Below, piece after piece: positions 13,161-27,200 of a DNA stretch of 64,000 bases. This DNA comes from Lama glama. Taxonomy: Eukaryota. Numbering within the stretch: the stretch's first letter is position 1; each line of letters opens with the position of its first letter. The translations under genes were made by a program, and so were the position numbers. Below the pieces are notes generated by a model. That model ran no database searches. It worked only from the letters and a program-made list of their open reading frames with translations, and was not told the origin of the DNA. Where the stretch lies: the NCBI GenBank assembly GCA_028534125.1, contig CM052832.1:6326001-6390000 (forward strand), written 5' to 3'.

Positions 13161-16100
13161 TAGCAAATCCCAAACAATTGTGACTGGGCTTTTCTGGGCT
13201 TCACAGGCATAATCTCTGATCTTCAGCACAATGCTGCAAGGCAGGTATTGTAGTCCTCGTAACTCACTCACGCCAGGAAACTGAGGCTCTGGGGGGCAGG
13301 CATCTTGCCCGCAATGACTAAGCGGGGAAGCTGGAATCAAACACAATCCTGTTCCCCTCCAGAGCCGGTGCCCTTTCCACTATGGTCTGTTATAGGAAGG
13401 AGAGGATCACGTGATCCCAAATGCATCCCATTCGTCCTCTTGCCAAGTCAGAGCAAAAATAGCTCTGCCCCCTTTGTGGATGGTGAGCGCTCAGGAGAAC
13501 GATGTGCCTCTGGGGAGCCAGGCCACGCCTCCATCAGCAGGCAGGGACCAGCTGCTCAAGGCAACTTCCACAAGGGGCCCGAGGCACAGCCAGACATCAC
13601 CCTTTGGGTGCTTTGTTCCCTTTAAAGAGACCCAATTGTCTCTGCTTGCAGTCTTCTCCTTTGCCTGAAATTCCCTTTTCTTTGCCCTGTGACACGTTAA
13701 AGCATTACTCATCCTTCAGGGTCAGGCCAGTGATCCCGGTCACTCCCAAACTCACCCAGCCTCCCCCGGCCAACTTCCTTCTGTCACACTTACCTCTCAC
13801 ACCACAGCCCCCTTCGGAGACAGGCCAACTTGGCAGATCTCACTCTGTTACTTCCTAGCTGGGCGGCTTGGGTAAATCTGATAACCTCTCTGAAAGCCTT
13901 CATTTTCTCCTCTGTGAATTAGGATTAACATGCTTACCTCACGGGCTCGCTGTGAGTGGCAAACTGAGTGAGCGAACATGTTTGTTGCACTTAGGGCCGT
14001 GCGCGGTACAAAGTGGGCATTTAGTTAACAGCATCTTTTAAGCTTGTTTCTCTTTCAGTCTACGTTTCATGCCTTCCTGATGAGATCGAGAGCTTTTGAG
14101 GGGCCAGGACCACGACTCATTTCAATGTGTGAATGCATGGCACAATTTTAGGCCTATAGAAAATATGTTTGCTGGTTCGTTAAGTGAGATATATAACACA
14201 ACCTCAAAGAACAGCTTTGGCTGTTGAATTGCATCAAAAACTATGAAGCAGATCACCTCTGAGTCCTTACTCCCATTAACCCATTCATTCATTCACCATG
14301 GATTGATTGCCTCCTCATCAAGGCTCTGTTTCTCCCTAGGAGTTTCTTTAGCAGAGAGAGAACTCTAGGCTAGTGATGGAAAGTGCCAGGAGGTTGCAGG
14401 GGACGTGAAAAGAGCAATGGGACGCTGAACACATGGACCCACAGACTTCAACCCCTCCTCTGCATCAGAAACAGCTGGGGTGGAAACAGATGCTCAGCTC
14501 CCACCTACCAGAAATGCTAATTCAATTGGTCTGGGGTGATATTAAAACAACAGCAATGAAAAAGGGAAAAAAGAAATTTGCCTGCTGATTGTTCAGATGT
14601 GTATCCAGGGATAAAAGCCACTGAAGCAGGTGATGCACACGTACTCCAGAGAACTTCCTTCCAGGGTGGTGGTACCCAGGCAATGCTAGGGGGAGGGTTG
14701 TGTGTGGGGCCAAAGCCAGGAGCAGAGCTCTGGATGGGAGGAAAGAGGCACCTGGGCAGAGGCCAATCCTACGTGGGCTCACGTTCACCTCTTGCCTTCC
14801 TTCTCCCTGGGAGGAGCCAAAGAGAGAATCAAAGGGGGAGGGACCAGAGAGCACGGGAAGTCAGAGCTGAGGAAGCACATTTCCAGAATAAGTCTCACTC
14901 ACCGTTGCCCGATTCAGACAGAGCTTGGAACCACAACCTGATGATCACATTGGGTCATCAGACCTCACAGATGTGGTCATTTTGTGAACAGTCTTCTAAA
15001 CCTGCAAGATTGCTTCTTCTAAACCCATTTACTGCTCCTTCCATCCCCTCAGTCAAAGCTGGGCTGGTCCAGGTGAGTGGTTTCCTGGAGATCAGTTGAT
15101 GTGAAGCACTAGCTGTTTGGAAGATTTGGGAGGACAGTTCCCTGATATGTTTCAGGCCAGTTTCACGATGAGTGTTCCTGGTGCATAATCACTCCTTGAG
15201 AGAATATCATTAAAGACTGCTTCAAGGGGCCCAGACCCTTGTCCTCCAGAGGCAGTGATGCTGAGAATCCCGGCAGCTTCTTCCCAGCATGTGAAGTCAG
15301 GGTGCTTGGTTTCCCTCCTGATCTCTTCTAAGTCCACAGACAGGAAAATAGAGTCAGAGGCACCAGGAAGTTGAGCATCACTACAGGGTTACTACTAAGC
15401 ATGAGGTCATACCTCCCAGCTTTTTCTTAAGACACAGCTAGCTCGCATAGATTGGTGAGTTTTATGAGGCAGTGTCCAGGATTTGTATTTTTCAAAGAGA
15501 AAGAAACTGAGAATGACACCAGATCATGTTATTTCTCTTTCTGCCTCTACTTGTCTCTGTGTCTCTTAGTTGTTGTCTGCCATTTACTCCAGGAATTTGG
15601 AATAAATATGAGCTTCTAGGGGACTTACAATTCAAGGGGCCCTGCTGAAGATATGCTGCCTTGAAGAGGGGGGTGCTTTTCTGTGCATTTTGTTGGATGG
15701 ATTTGGATTTTTTCTCCACGAGCCAAGTTAAACAGCTTCCACCAACTTCCCCACAGATGAGAACAGCTGGAGGGTTACTGAGAGGTTGTTGATGGAGGTA
15801 AGAAGAGTTTGTCTTTAGGGATCTCCCCACACGTAGCTGGAACCCTAAAAGCTGAATCGATCTCCAACTGCTGTATCACTGTTCTAATCGGTCAGGCCTG
15901 CGCCATATTGGTTGTCAAATATTTTTAATGTTCCTCCTCCCTCAAAGTGGTGGCGTTCTTCTTGCAGGTAGAGAACCCCCTCTCCCCACTTGCTGTGTAA
16001 CTAATGACTGAACGTAGCCATTATTCTTCTTCTGCAGCCAGAGAACACCCCCTGCCCACAGTGGGGGTCCTTCTTGCATCTCTATTTCTATTGAATTGCG

Positions 16101-18148
16101 ATGTTGTGGTCATAAGATAGGTCAACAGAGAAAAAGTTGTCCATTAAGTCAAGGACTGTCTCCAGGGAGGCTGGGGGAAGATGAGGACAGTGGACAGTAT
16201 TGGCCAGTGGCTGTTATACAAAAGCACCAGGCAAGGCCATTTGGGTTGTGACCATTTGGTCATGATCATGACCAAGATAACCCTTGCTAACTCCGACAAA
16301 AAAAGCCAACATCTGGAAACCACGGGAAGACGAGAAGTTAGCTCTAACCCCTCAAATCCCCGAGTCCCTCCCTGACTGTCACATACCAAGGGAGGCTCAT
16401 GAACCATCCAGTTACTAACTCGCATCACCTTGATTCACTGCCTCAGTGTGGAACCAGCTAGGCCAGTGCACTAAATCGGTGCCTAAAAAGATTCAATTGC
16501 CTTCTAAATATGCGAGTCATCCCAGAAACAGTTGCTATCACCAGGCTAAGTCAGCCAGCTCAGTACCCCACAAAAGCCTACTCCCTTTCAAGGAGGAATG
16601 AGTGGCTATGACTTCCCTACAGCAGACACAGCTCTTCCCAGAACCTACATGGCAAAGCATTTTCCAAAAGCCATTGAGTTGCAGAATTTAAAAAATGTAT
16701 TTGATTGCCAGAGCTGCAAATTGGGTCAGTTTTCCAGGGCCTTCTGCTTCCTTCTTTTCCACTGGGGGAGAGGAAAAGGAGGCAGGCGGCAGCTGATGAT
16801 TGAAACACAATCCTCCCTGGCCTGCAAGTCTTGGCTGTGTCTGTGTGTTATCTGGGCCAGGTCCCCTGGTGCTTCCTGATGGCTGCCCTCTGGATTCCAC
16901 CAGCGGTCAGGGTGAAGCTCTCGCAGCCGCATGCCTGGAGCTCTGCATGGCTTTGAGTCACACCTGAGCCTCAGAAAAGTCTATGAGAGAATTAAAGGAG
17001 GTATAAGTATCCCCATTTCACAGATGGGGAAACTTGGACTCAGCGAAGATGAGTGACTGACTCAAGGATGCAATTAGTTTGTAGTAATCCTGGATCCTAA
17101 CCCTTATCTTCTGTCTCTTAGTTGAGTGTTCTTCTCACAAAAACCCATGCACATGAAGAAATCAGCAAGGAAAAAAATCTGCACAAAGTAGTTTGTCCTG
17201 CTCCACAGACCCATGAGAGCTGGGGTTATTCCATGTGAAGTTCTCCTTTTCCAATCCAGCAGTCATCAATCTGGTCCCCAAACAACTTTGTTTTTATCAC
17301 CCACGTTGTAAAGAGACAGCTATCAAAAATTAATACATAAGAGGAGATCTGTTATGATGTTACCATTCCATATTTTACACTCTGAAAAATTCTAGAATGC
17401 AACATGTCTTTATGACTAAGTCCGAAGTTTTTCATACTAATGGGTATTAGCTCATTAAGACGGGTCATGAAGTCAATTTAATGGGTTGCTACCAGAATTG
17501 AGAAAAAAATAACGGGGAATGATAGGACAGAATAGAATTGAAAATATCAGACAGTGTTACATGTAGCAAAGGTAAGTACTGTTCTCTGAATCCTTTTGTT
17601 CAGATTATGGGTACAGATTCAGAATGTTTCTTTGCTTTTTTTTTTTTTTAATTGAAGTACCATCAGTTACAATGTGTCAATTTCTGGTGTACAGCACAAT
17701 GTCCCAGTCATGTATATACGTACAGATATTGAATCACAATGTTAACAGTATTTCTTTCTGAGTATTCCTTCCCTTTTTCTAGCTCCCCCCTCCACTCCTT
17801 TTTCTCCTTTCTTTTTCCTTCTCTCTCTCACTCCTTCTCCACACCTATAGGAAAGGTACCCAAACATCTGCTACCTTGGTCGTGTTGTCAGGTACCATCC
17901 CCAGCCCTCCCCAGCCCCCTGCCTTCCTGATGTCATCAACCCCTCACCCTCAAGTGTAGAGCAGACTGTTCTCTGCAATCAGTACCTGTATGTTCTTTCC
18001 TTTCTCCCCTCCACTGAAAAAGACCCTTCCTGGTGTGACCTTTGAAACAGGGTCTGCTAGTTCTTTCTAGGTTTGATCAATAAATCGCTCACTCTCTCTC
18101 TCAACCATCCTGTTTTCATTTCAGGCAAGGCAACTTAAACTTGAAGAA

Positions 18149-18250
18149 ATGAAATCTCCAAGGAGAACCACCTTGTGCTTCGTGATGATTGTGATGTACT
18201 CTTTCCAAGCTGCACTGAACTTGAATTTAGAGTCAGTTGTTTATCCTTCG
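18149..18250 (+). CDS. ADGRF5: ADGRF5 coding exon 1, signal peptide (exon starts at 18125 with 24 nt of 5' UTR)
   Basis: Acceptor tttcag|g at 18124/18125. [34 protein letters not shown]. Donor GTGAGT at 18251, phase 0. Confidence 0.95.
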
Positions 18251-21200
18251 GTGAGTAAACCCGTGTCTGCTCTGTTTTCCCCGTCACATTTTTTTTTATT
18301 TCCTGGGAATGTCACAGATGCAAATTGCTTTAAAAAAATTGTAGGGCCTTTGAGAAAATGTCACAAGTGGCGAGAGGGGGTGATGAATATAAATAGGTAA
18401 GGTATCTACTAGCCTACAACTTGCCTTACTCTGAAATCAGTGGTGGTACCAGGGGACACCCCCAAGCTTCCCTCCTTAATTAAATTGCCACTTCGAGGCC
18501 TGAAGCTCCACCCTGTGATACTAACAACCGTGACTACAAAGCAGATTTCAAGGACTGAGCAGGACCTATGTTCTCAAAGGATTCATTTTACCTAGAGCAT
18601 CAGACTAGAGCACATTTCACAAGGTGTTAATTTGTGTCTGTGTTATAATCACAGACTGATATTGTTGAAGGGGTCACAGATAACATCTAAGCTTTTGGCT
18701 GACAACTTAGCCAGGTCGTTTTGTCTTTGGGAAGTTCGTGGGAGTTTAGCTTAACTCAAGAGGGTGGTAAGTATCCCCTTGTTCCTTCTGAGAATCAGTG
18801 GGTTCTCCATTCCTTTAAGCTACTCCATGCACCGGAGACAGAGTGGGTTACTGGTTATGAAATCTTATGAGACTGAAGTGAGGCTCTCTGTGTCTCAGGT
18901 TTTTTCATCTGTAAGAGGATGAAAATCATAGTATTGCTTTACTGATTGCTGTGAGAATTAAATCAGTCAATATTTATAAGATGCCTTAGAACAGTGCCTG
19001 GCACATTTAAAAAAAAAAAAAGCTTTCTCAGTGTCTGTGATCATTATTTCTCCTACTGTAACGGTACTTTTCTCTACTGATTTTCAAAAAAAGATTTGAA
19101 TACTACTTTATTCACTCTGTCACAATTGTTAGCCCTTCATTGGCAGATTTTCGCTTTACAAAATGTCTCTTTTTGTCCTTTTTTCAATTTCAATTCTTTG
19201 TCTTCTATTCTATTGTCAGCCCTGTTTTTATATTTGTCTTTGCCTGATCTTTATTTTTTGTTCAGCTTTTAATATACCCCTTTGCCTTACTGGTTCTCTT
19301 ATAAACCATGCAGGTTTTTAATCCGGCTTTGATTGGGATGTATAGTTTATTCACATTTGCTGTCATATTTAAAACGCTTGAGCGACCTTCAGGATTTTGC
19401 TTTATGACTTTCTGCACTTCCTTGCTCTTTTCTGTTTCTGTGTCTTTCTGTGTTTGACCCAGAAACACAGGTTTTGTCTTTTTCTTTATTTCTTTCACAC
19501 TTGTGTGTCTTCTTCCAAACTCCAGTATGAAAGATACAGCCCGTGAAACCATATGCAGCAACTTGCTCTTATAAATAGACTAGGGAAAAATTACTTTTCC
19601 CATGGACTGCACAGTCAGTGCGGAGCTCCACTTACCGCCAGTGCGTGGGGGGAGAGCCAGAACACAAGGTGATCTGAGCCGTGGGGCCAGCCTTACCTGT
19701 GTTCCAGATTTTCCCAGGTTTCCTGGCGGCAACAGTGAGCCAGGTGAGCCCTCATTGCAGTGGCCCCGAGCAAAGCCCCTCCATCTTCCTGGTGGCACAG
19801 GCTGGTCAGGAGATAAGCATTCCAAGGCTGCTGGGAAAACTTGAACTCATCTTCCTGGAAGTTCCACCAACCCCGTCAAAGGGCCCCACTTCCCCCTCCT
19901 CCACCCAGGTCTGCCGTCAAGATAGACCTTCATCCAGCCCAGAGGCTGAAACCCCATTGGAGAGGTGCCCTTGAACTTGCCTTACCAGCTTATAAGCCCT
20001 GCGCTGCCACTCAGCTTCCACTTCTGCCACTTTAAAAGCAACAGGTGGTACTGAGCTTTTGGAAAAAAAATTGGGCGTAAATGCACATAAAATTTACCAT
20101 CTTTTTAAGTGTATGCTTCAGTAGTCTTAAATCTGTTCACATTGTCCTGCAGCCAGCTGCAAAACCACCCTGCAAAACTGAAACTCTGTACCCACCAAAC
20201 ACCACCTCCCCAGCCCCCACCCCCAACTCCTGGAACTCACCATGCTACTGTCTGCCTCTGTGGTCTTGACTACTCTCAGTACCTCGTTTGACTGGAATCG
20301 TACAGTGTTTGTCTTTCCCTGGCTTCTTCCACTTAGCAGACTGTCCTAAAAATGTATCTATGCTGTAGTATGCATCAGAATTTCCTTCCTTTCTTGAGTC
20401 TGAATAATGATCCATTGTATGCATATCTCACATTTTGTTTATCCATTTATCCATCAATGGGCCCTTGGGTTGCCTTCACCTCTTGGCTGTTGTGAGTAGT
20501 GCTGCTGTGGACATGGGGGTGCAAATACGGGGTGACAGGCTTTTGAAGTGTGACGATGATGTAGTGTCCTAAACCTCAGTGTGCACATGAATCCAGCTGG
20601 GAACCTTCTTAAAGTGCAGATTTCAACTCAGGAAGTCTGGGGTGGGGCCCTGGATGCTGCCTTTCTGACAAGCTGCCCTTGCTCCGGCCCCAGGGACCAA
20701 ACTTGGGGCAGAAAGGCTGCAGGCTCTCTGTGTTGGAGTTAGCCCCAAGTGCAAAGCCTGGTTCTTACACTAGCTAGCTTTGGAAATTTAGTCACATTTC
20801 TTCATCTCCCCGAACCTGTCTCCTCTACATCCTAAGAAAACATATTGTCTCTCCTTCATTGACTTGTTGTGAAGATTAAAGAGTCTCACATATGCATCAC
20901 AGTGCTAAGGCACAGAGCAGGTGCATAAGATTTGGTGGTCATTTTTGCTATTCTGGTACAAATAAACCTGTGCTGGCATGCCTATTCGAGGGGACATTCT
21001 AACAGGACCCTTGCTGAGACAATCACCTCACTGGAGGAAAAGATGTGAGGGGATTCCCAATCAAGAAAGAGACAGATGACTGACAGGGCCCCGGTGGGGA
21101 GGGGTGAGATCTAGCGACAACTTGTTTGTCATCCGGTTCCCTGGGGGTTTTCTTTTCACACATGAAATGCCACCTCTGGTTCCTGACCGGTTGTCTAGCC

Positions 21201-24200
21201 CCAGTTCAGGCCACCGCCCCCATCACCACCACCACTGTGACTATTTGTAATGTCGTCATGTCCAGCAGGTGGGGCATTTCCTGGAATTAGCGACCTTGTG
21301 TCTTCTGGCTGGAGCTCGGCCGACAGGAAATCCCTCTGGACAGAGCCGACCATTGTCCTCCGATACCCATCTGGGTACCTCCACATGGACAAGCAGAGGG
21401 AGCCCCAACCGAAGCTCTGGTTTGGGGGTTGTTTTTTCATTCTTTTTGGGGGGGGGCAGTAATTCTATTTTTTTTTTAATTTTTTTTTTAAATGGAGGTA
21501 CTGGGGATTGACCCCAGGACCTCGTGCTTGCTAACACTCTGCTATTGAGCTACACCCTCCCACCCACTGAGGCTCTGGTTTTTGTCTGAAGGAAATACTC
21601 AGCATTGGGAAACCCTGACAGGATCTGTGCTCAGCCTTGTAGTTCCCTGAACTGGGGTGACATAAGACTCAGGAGGGCAAGGCTGTCTCCCGGTGAGACC
21701 CAGAACAGCTGGGCACACAGCACTGCCGGAGGTGACATGAGCATCTGGTGAGCCTCAGCATGGTATTTTTCATAATGTAAGAAACTAGCAGAAGGGCAAT
21801 GCTCGGTGGTAGAGGGTCCCTAGCAAGCACAAGGTCCTGGGTTCAATCCCCAGTACCTCCACTGAAACATAAAAATAAATGAATAAATGACTAAATAAAA
21901 ATTAACCTAATTACCTACCCCTTCCAAAAAAGAAAAAGGAAAAAGAACTCATTACAAAGAAAAAAAAGAGACTGAGAATGAGTGGATGACTTCTCCAACT
22001 AGGAAGAAGAGGACATGGCAGGATTCAGTTCTCGGTGTGACTCCTGCACGTGCCTTATTGATATCCAGGCCCCGTGACTTGGCAGCCCAGCTCTTTGTAC
22101 CTTCTCGAATCTGGGGTCAGGGGTCTTCACCACTGCCAGCACCCCCAGTGAAAAGTCAGAGGCTTTTTACTTTCAGTATGTTTTTCCTCCATTTCCCCCA
22201 ATGATGACAGGGATTAAAATTAAAAGTCAGTCATTCTCATAAAAAGTTGTGAATCCTCACTAAACAACAGAGCCGGGAGGTGACAGACTTAGGGAAATAG
22301 CGCTTTGCACAGGTGTCCTGTGAAAGTTTTAGATAATCACCACGCAAATTCAAGAAATAATTAAAAAGTGGTGCTTCTCAAAAGGTGGCCTCAGGTCCAG
22401 GGATGTGCCGGTTGAAAAAGCGGTTTTCCTCACCCCACCCCAGACCTGCTAAATCAGGTTGGGGGAGGGGAGGGAAGTGGTCCTTACAGTCACAGAGATT
22501 TGAAATGCTCTGCTCGCAAGAACTGAAATGTACCTTAATTTTAACCCACAACTGCCAGCAGCAAGTCTTCAATTCTTTAACACCTCCACCCTCATCAACT
22601 GGAAAATGGGAGAAGTGAAATCTCGGCCTGGGAGAGCTTCCCAAAGGTGACCACCAGCAGACACCTCCTCCTGGGCTGAGTCCCCAGCAATGGCCCATGA
22701 AGAGGGGACAGAGAAAGCTTCCTGGTGGCTCCCCCTCCCCACCCCTGGGCCCCTGGGGGGATGGAGGCAGGAATGCAGAGAAAGAACCTTTCCTTCTGCC
22801 TGGGCACAGAGCCAGAACGCCCTCCAGCGGAAGCCGGGCAGGAACCAGCCCTACACGTTGACTTTTTGTTATTTAATGGTTCCTGCCCCTTCTAGGAGAG
22901 CTCACTGCACAGGAAGCAGCACCTGGGCTCTTGAAATCCCAATTACCAACCTTCATTCCTCTGTTCATTTCTTAGAGAATGTGTATGATCTCTCAGGTCC
23001 ACAGTCCCTCCACAATTTCTATGGGTATTAACATCAGTCGTTGAAAAGAAGAAGATGGAGGGGTCAATTGAGTAAGACAGAGAAGAGATGCTGGTTAGGA
23101 GAGATTGGGTCACTGAGGCAAACCCACCGTTTCCCAGGGTATCTCCTGATAAGACGGTGCAGTGCCTGTGTGGATAAGTGCAGACTTTGGAGGCAGGCTA
23201 GCTAGGTTTGAGTCCCAACTCTGCCATTTAAAGGCTGTGTGACCTTAGGCAAGTTATTTGACCTCTCTGCACCTGTTTTCTCATCCATGAAATGTGGCTA
23301 ATAACAGTATCCACATCTTAGATGGTCATGAGGATTAAATAAATAAGCACATATCAAGTAGGTAACAGTGCCTGGCACGGGGTGTTGAAGACGTCTTAGG
23401 AATTCTTACTTTTGTTAGCATTATGAGGTGCAATAAGTAGGGGAAAACTGGTAGAATTTTTCACAGAGGGCAGAACAGGCTGTGTCTCGGGTGGCTTTCA
23501 TTGGTGCATGGGGTTGATGGTAAAGCACACACACCCTGGAGGGCAGGGGTTATCTGGCTCTTCTATTGAGCCTTAAGGAAGTTTGGACTGGGAAATGCAT
23601 CATGGGGAAACTGCCTTGGAGGTAGGGACGAGCTAGGAACCCAGGGTCAGGTCAAGGTGGGGTTATAAGCTACGGAGCTGGCAGTGACCCCAGCAGCAAA
23701 GCCAACCGATGTCAGTTCTTAAACAAAGAAGCCACGTGATGACAGTAGATGAGCTCTACAGAGATGAAGCAAGTGGTATCCAGAGGGGACCCTGTGAATG
23801 GTGTCCCCGGAGCAGTGTGATGCTCTGTCCCAGAATAGCACTTATTAGATCACTAAAACTTGTCTAATGTTTTACATTTGTTAATCATTTGATCCTCACA
23901 ACAACCTCATGAGGCAAGCAATTTTTGTCCCTGTACTATAGGTGAGTACGGAGGCACAGAGGGGTTAATTAACTTGCCCAAAGTCACACAGTCATTTTAT
24001 GGCAGAGCTAGGATTTGTATTCAGTATCTGCAGAGTCTTTACTCTTAACCCACAAATTTTCTGATCTAACTAATGTTTATTAAGAGTTTACTATGTTCCA
24101 CATTGAAGTTTGATTAATTCTCAGAACAATTCTACAAGGTCAGTCCTATTATTATTCCAGTTTGCAAAAAAGGAAACTGAGGCTCAGAGAGGCTAAGTAA

Positions 24201-27200
24201 CTTCCTCCAGGTCGCACAGCTAGTAAGGGGCACCACTTGATACTCAGGCAGACTGACCCTAGAGCTGCCTGTCACAGTCCCCACCTTAGAAAGTAATCAT
24301 AGAACCCTCCAGGAGGAAAAGGACCAGAGGAGGAGAAAATAATTTCTAAGCATGCGCAATCTAAATAGCCCTAATGCTGCAGAAATATTGGGGCGGGAAC
24401 AGGCTGTGTGCAGAGGAGAGGTCATGAGACTTGTTTAGAAGGTCACTGGAGTGACTCAGGGTTCAAGTCTTAGTACAGCGGAGAACACCATAATTTATAC
24501 TCTTGACGCTTCAAGCTGCAGGAACTCTGAGAAACTCAGATAGGCAGCTTTCTTCCGCTCCTGGATCTAGAGACCGGTCTACAGAAAGTCGATGCCAAGA
24601 TCACACCACAGAGGCAGCTCTCTTTGATTTTCCCGGCCCTTCAATGGCTGTTGGCCTGCCAACCGCGGGGCGCAAGGTGCCAACCCAGAATCCGCAGTCC
24701 TACACTTAGCTCAAACATTCAGGGGCATGTGACCAGAAAGCCATCGTGAAGAGACATCTCTGACACTCACTGAGGATTTTTTTTAAACGTTCTTTCAGCT
24801 TCTCCGTGGACATGGCCTAGCAGGGGAGGACCCAGTAAGGCAAAAACGAACTGGTACGTAACTCTTGGCTTAGCCCCCTCTTCTGGTAAGTCCCATCAAA
24901 TGACATCTGCTGTGATGTTTTGAAACGCTGTGACCCACATAATTCGATCTTCCAGCACATCAGGGTTCAGTTTCTAGAAGTAACTGCCAAGGAACCCCAT
25001 GCTCTATCCTCTCAAAGGACATGAAGCGGGTTTTACCAACACATCCAATCTCCGTGTCCTCTCCCATCACCGCTCCTCAGATCCAGAAGATTTCCCCGTG
25101 GCTCTTCCCACAGCTGCCCTCCACTGCCGCCCAAAAGCCTGCTTCTCCACCCTCCACCCAGCAGGCTCGCCTTTTGCCCTCTTAAAACTTTTAACCTCGC
25201 CTCCTCTCACTCAGCACTTTATCCCTGGATCAACTTAACCACTAGATTGAAGTCCTCCTCTGCCTCCCACTCCAGCTATCCTACTAAATTCCAAAGAGGT
25301 GGTCCAGAAAATCCAGGGCTCTCCAAAAGAGTTGGGGACAGGTGGGGGCTGTGAACACCACAGCGTCCCCTCCCATGTGCAGGACCCTGGACAAGGGCAG
25401 GTGGGTACGTCTATAGGCTGCGTCTTCCAAGGACCAGATCCTTCTCCTTCCACCACAGCAACCTTGCAAAAGCATCAGTCTGATTCTGCATGAAATCCTT
25501 CAAGGATTGCCTTGGAGACAAAATCCAATCATCCGCTCACGTCTTACTGGGTCCAACGTACTTTGCCTGTTTGCTTTCCTTCTGTTGCCTTTCACAGGGT
25601 CGCTACCCCACCCACCAGCCCCCTTTGCTTGTCTGGGGGACTCAGTTCACACGGGCTTCTGCCCTGTCACGCCTTCCATCAATTCCCCAGACAGGGAGGG
25701 GTTCCCACTACCCTTGATACGTTCCCATAGCACAATATTTGTCCCAAGGCATTGGAATTATTTTGCTTCCTCTTTGCCACTCCCAGGAGACATGAGCTCC
25801 CTTGAACCCTCTTCCTCCCGGCAGCCTGGCATGTAGCCCAGTGTCTCAACAGCTGAGGGAACAAATAAAGAGAATGCTTGTCTCTGTCCTAGCTGCCCTT
25901 CGGTCAGCTCAGAGGGTATGCTCCTTTTCGATAAGCACCTGCTGGCTCAGTGGCTATACCAACTGTCTTAACCTGTATCCTTGGGACTGAATCATTTTCC
26001 AGGCATGTTGTGACTTGGTCTATTCCATCTCATAGTCTGAAAGAGACATTAGGCTGCTTGACAGAGGAGGTTTCCCCCTTGGGCAGGACAGAGAGGTATC
26101 TGGTAGACCTCTTTACAGGGCCATAACCAGATCTGACTGTTGCCTGGTGCTTGAAATGAGAATTCAACCATGTTTTTTTTTACTCTGAAGTATAGTTGAT
26201 TTACAATGTTGTGTTAGTTTCCGATATACCACATAGTGATTCAGTTATATATAATCTTCTTCATTATAGGTTATTGCAAGATATTGGATGTAGCTGCCTG
26301 TGCTGTACAGTAGGATCTTGTTGTTTATCTATTTTACACATAGTAGTTTGTATCTGCTAACCCCAAACTCCTAGCATATCTCTCCCTCTTCCTCTTTGGT
26401 AACTGTGGTTTGTTCTCTATTTGACCACATTTTGTCAAGCTCAAGAAATGCTCACTGGAAGCTCTTACCGTTGGTCATTTCCCCTTCCCTTCCCTTCCTT
26501 TCCTTTCTACTTCAGCCGTGCCTTACATCCCTGTGGGATCCTCACTCTCCCTCCTCCCCTCCTTCCCTCAGGTAGCATCACCTCTACCCCGTCCTGACAC
26601 CCCCTTCCGCCCTCCTGCCCCTGTGACAGGAGCAAGGCCAGCAATGTGCCCATTCGGTACTTTCAAAACCTTTTGTTCCTAAAATCACACCGTCTGTGGT
26701 GAGTTCCAGCTCCAGGCTTCTGCCAGCTTCTTCTCGGGCTCAGGCTGCCAGCTTCCCCAGGGCCACTTGGTGACCTGACAGCTGTAAAAGTAACGTCTTC
26801 CTGCACTTCCGGGCCGGGCTGTTTGTGAGCCAGGTGGCCCATGCGAGAGCTTAGCCCCTGGAGAGGAAACCACCTCTACATCTAAGGATTTGACATTCCA
26901 AAACTTTTCCAGATGCGCTTTCAGTAAAAAACAATCATGACAATGATAAAAGACCATGAAAACATTTTCCATTTTTTTATACGTGGTCTTTTGTGCTGTG
27001 GAGTCATTTTGGAAGTGTGCGTGACTCAAGCCATCACCTGCAGAAGATCCTCCTGGCCTTGGTACTTTTACAAAATCCCTGAAATCGTCATGGAAAGGCC
27101 CGAGTGCTCGACTGCAGATACTCAGAATATAAACTGTAGTTCAGAGCATCACTGTCCAGGGAAACTAGGACAGCAGGCAATAGGAGGCTTCCATTCAGCA

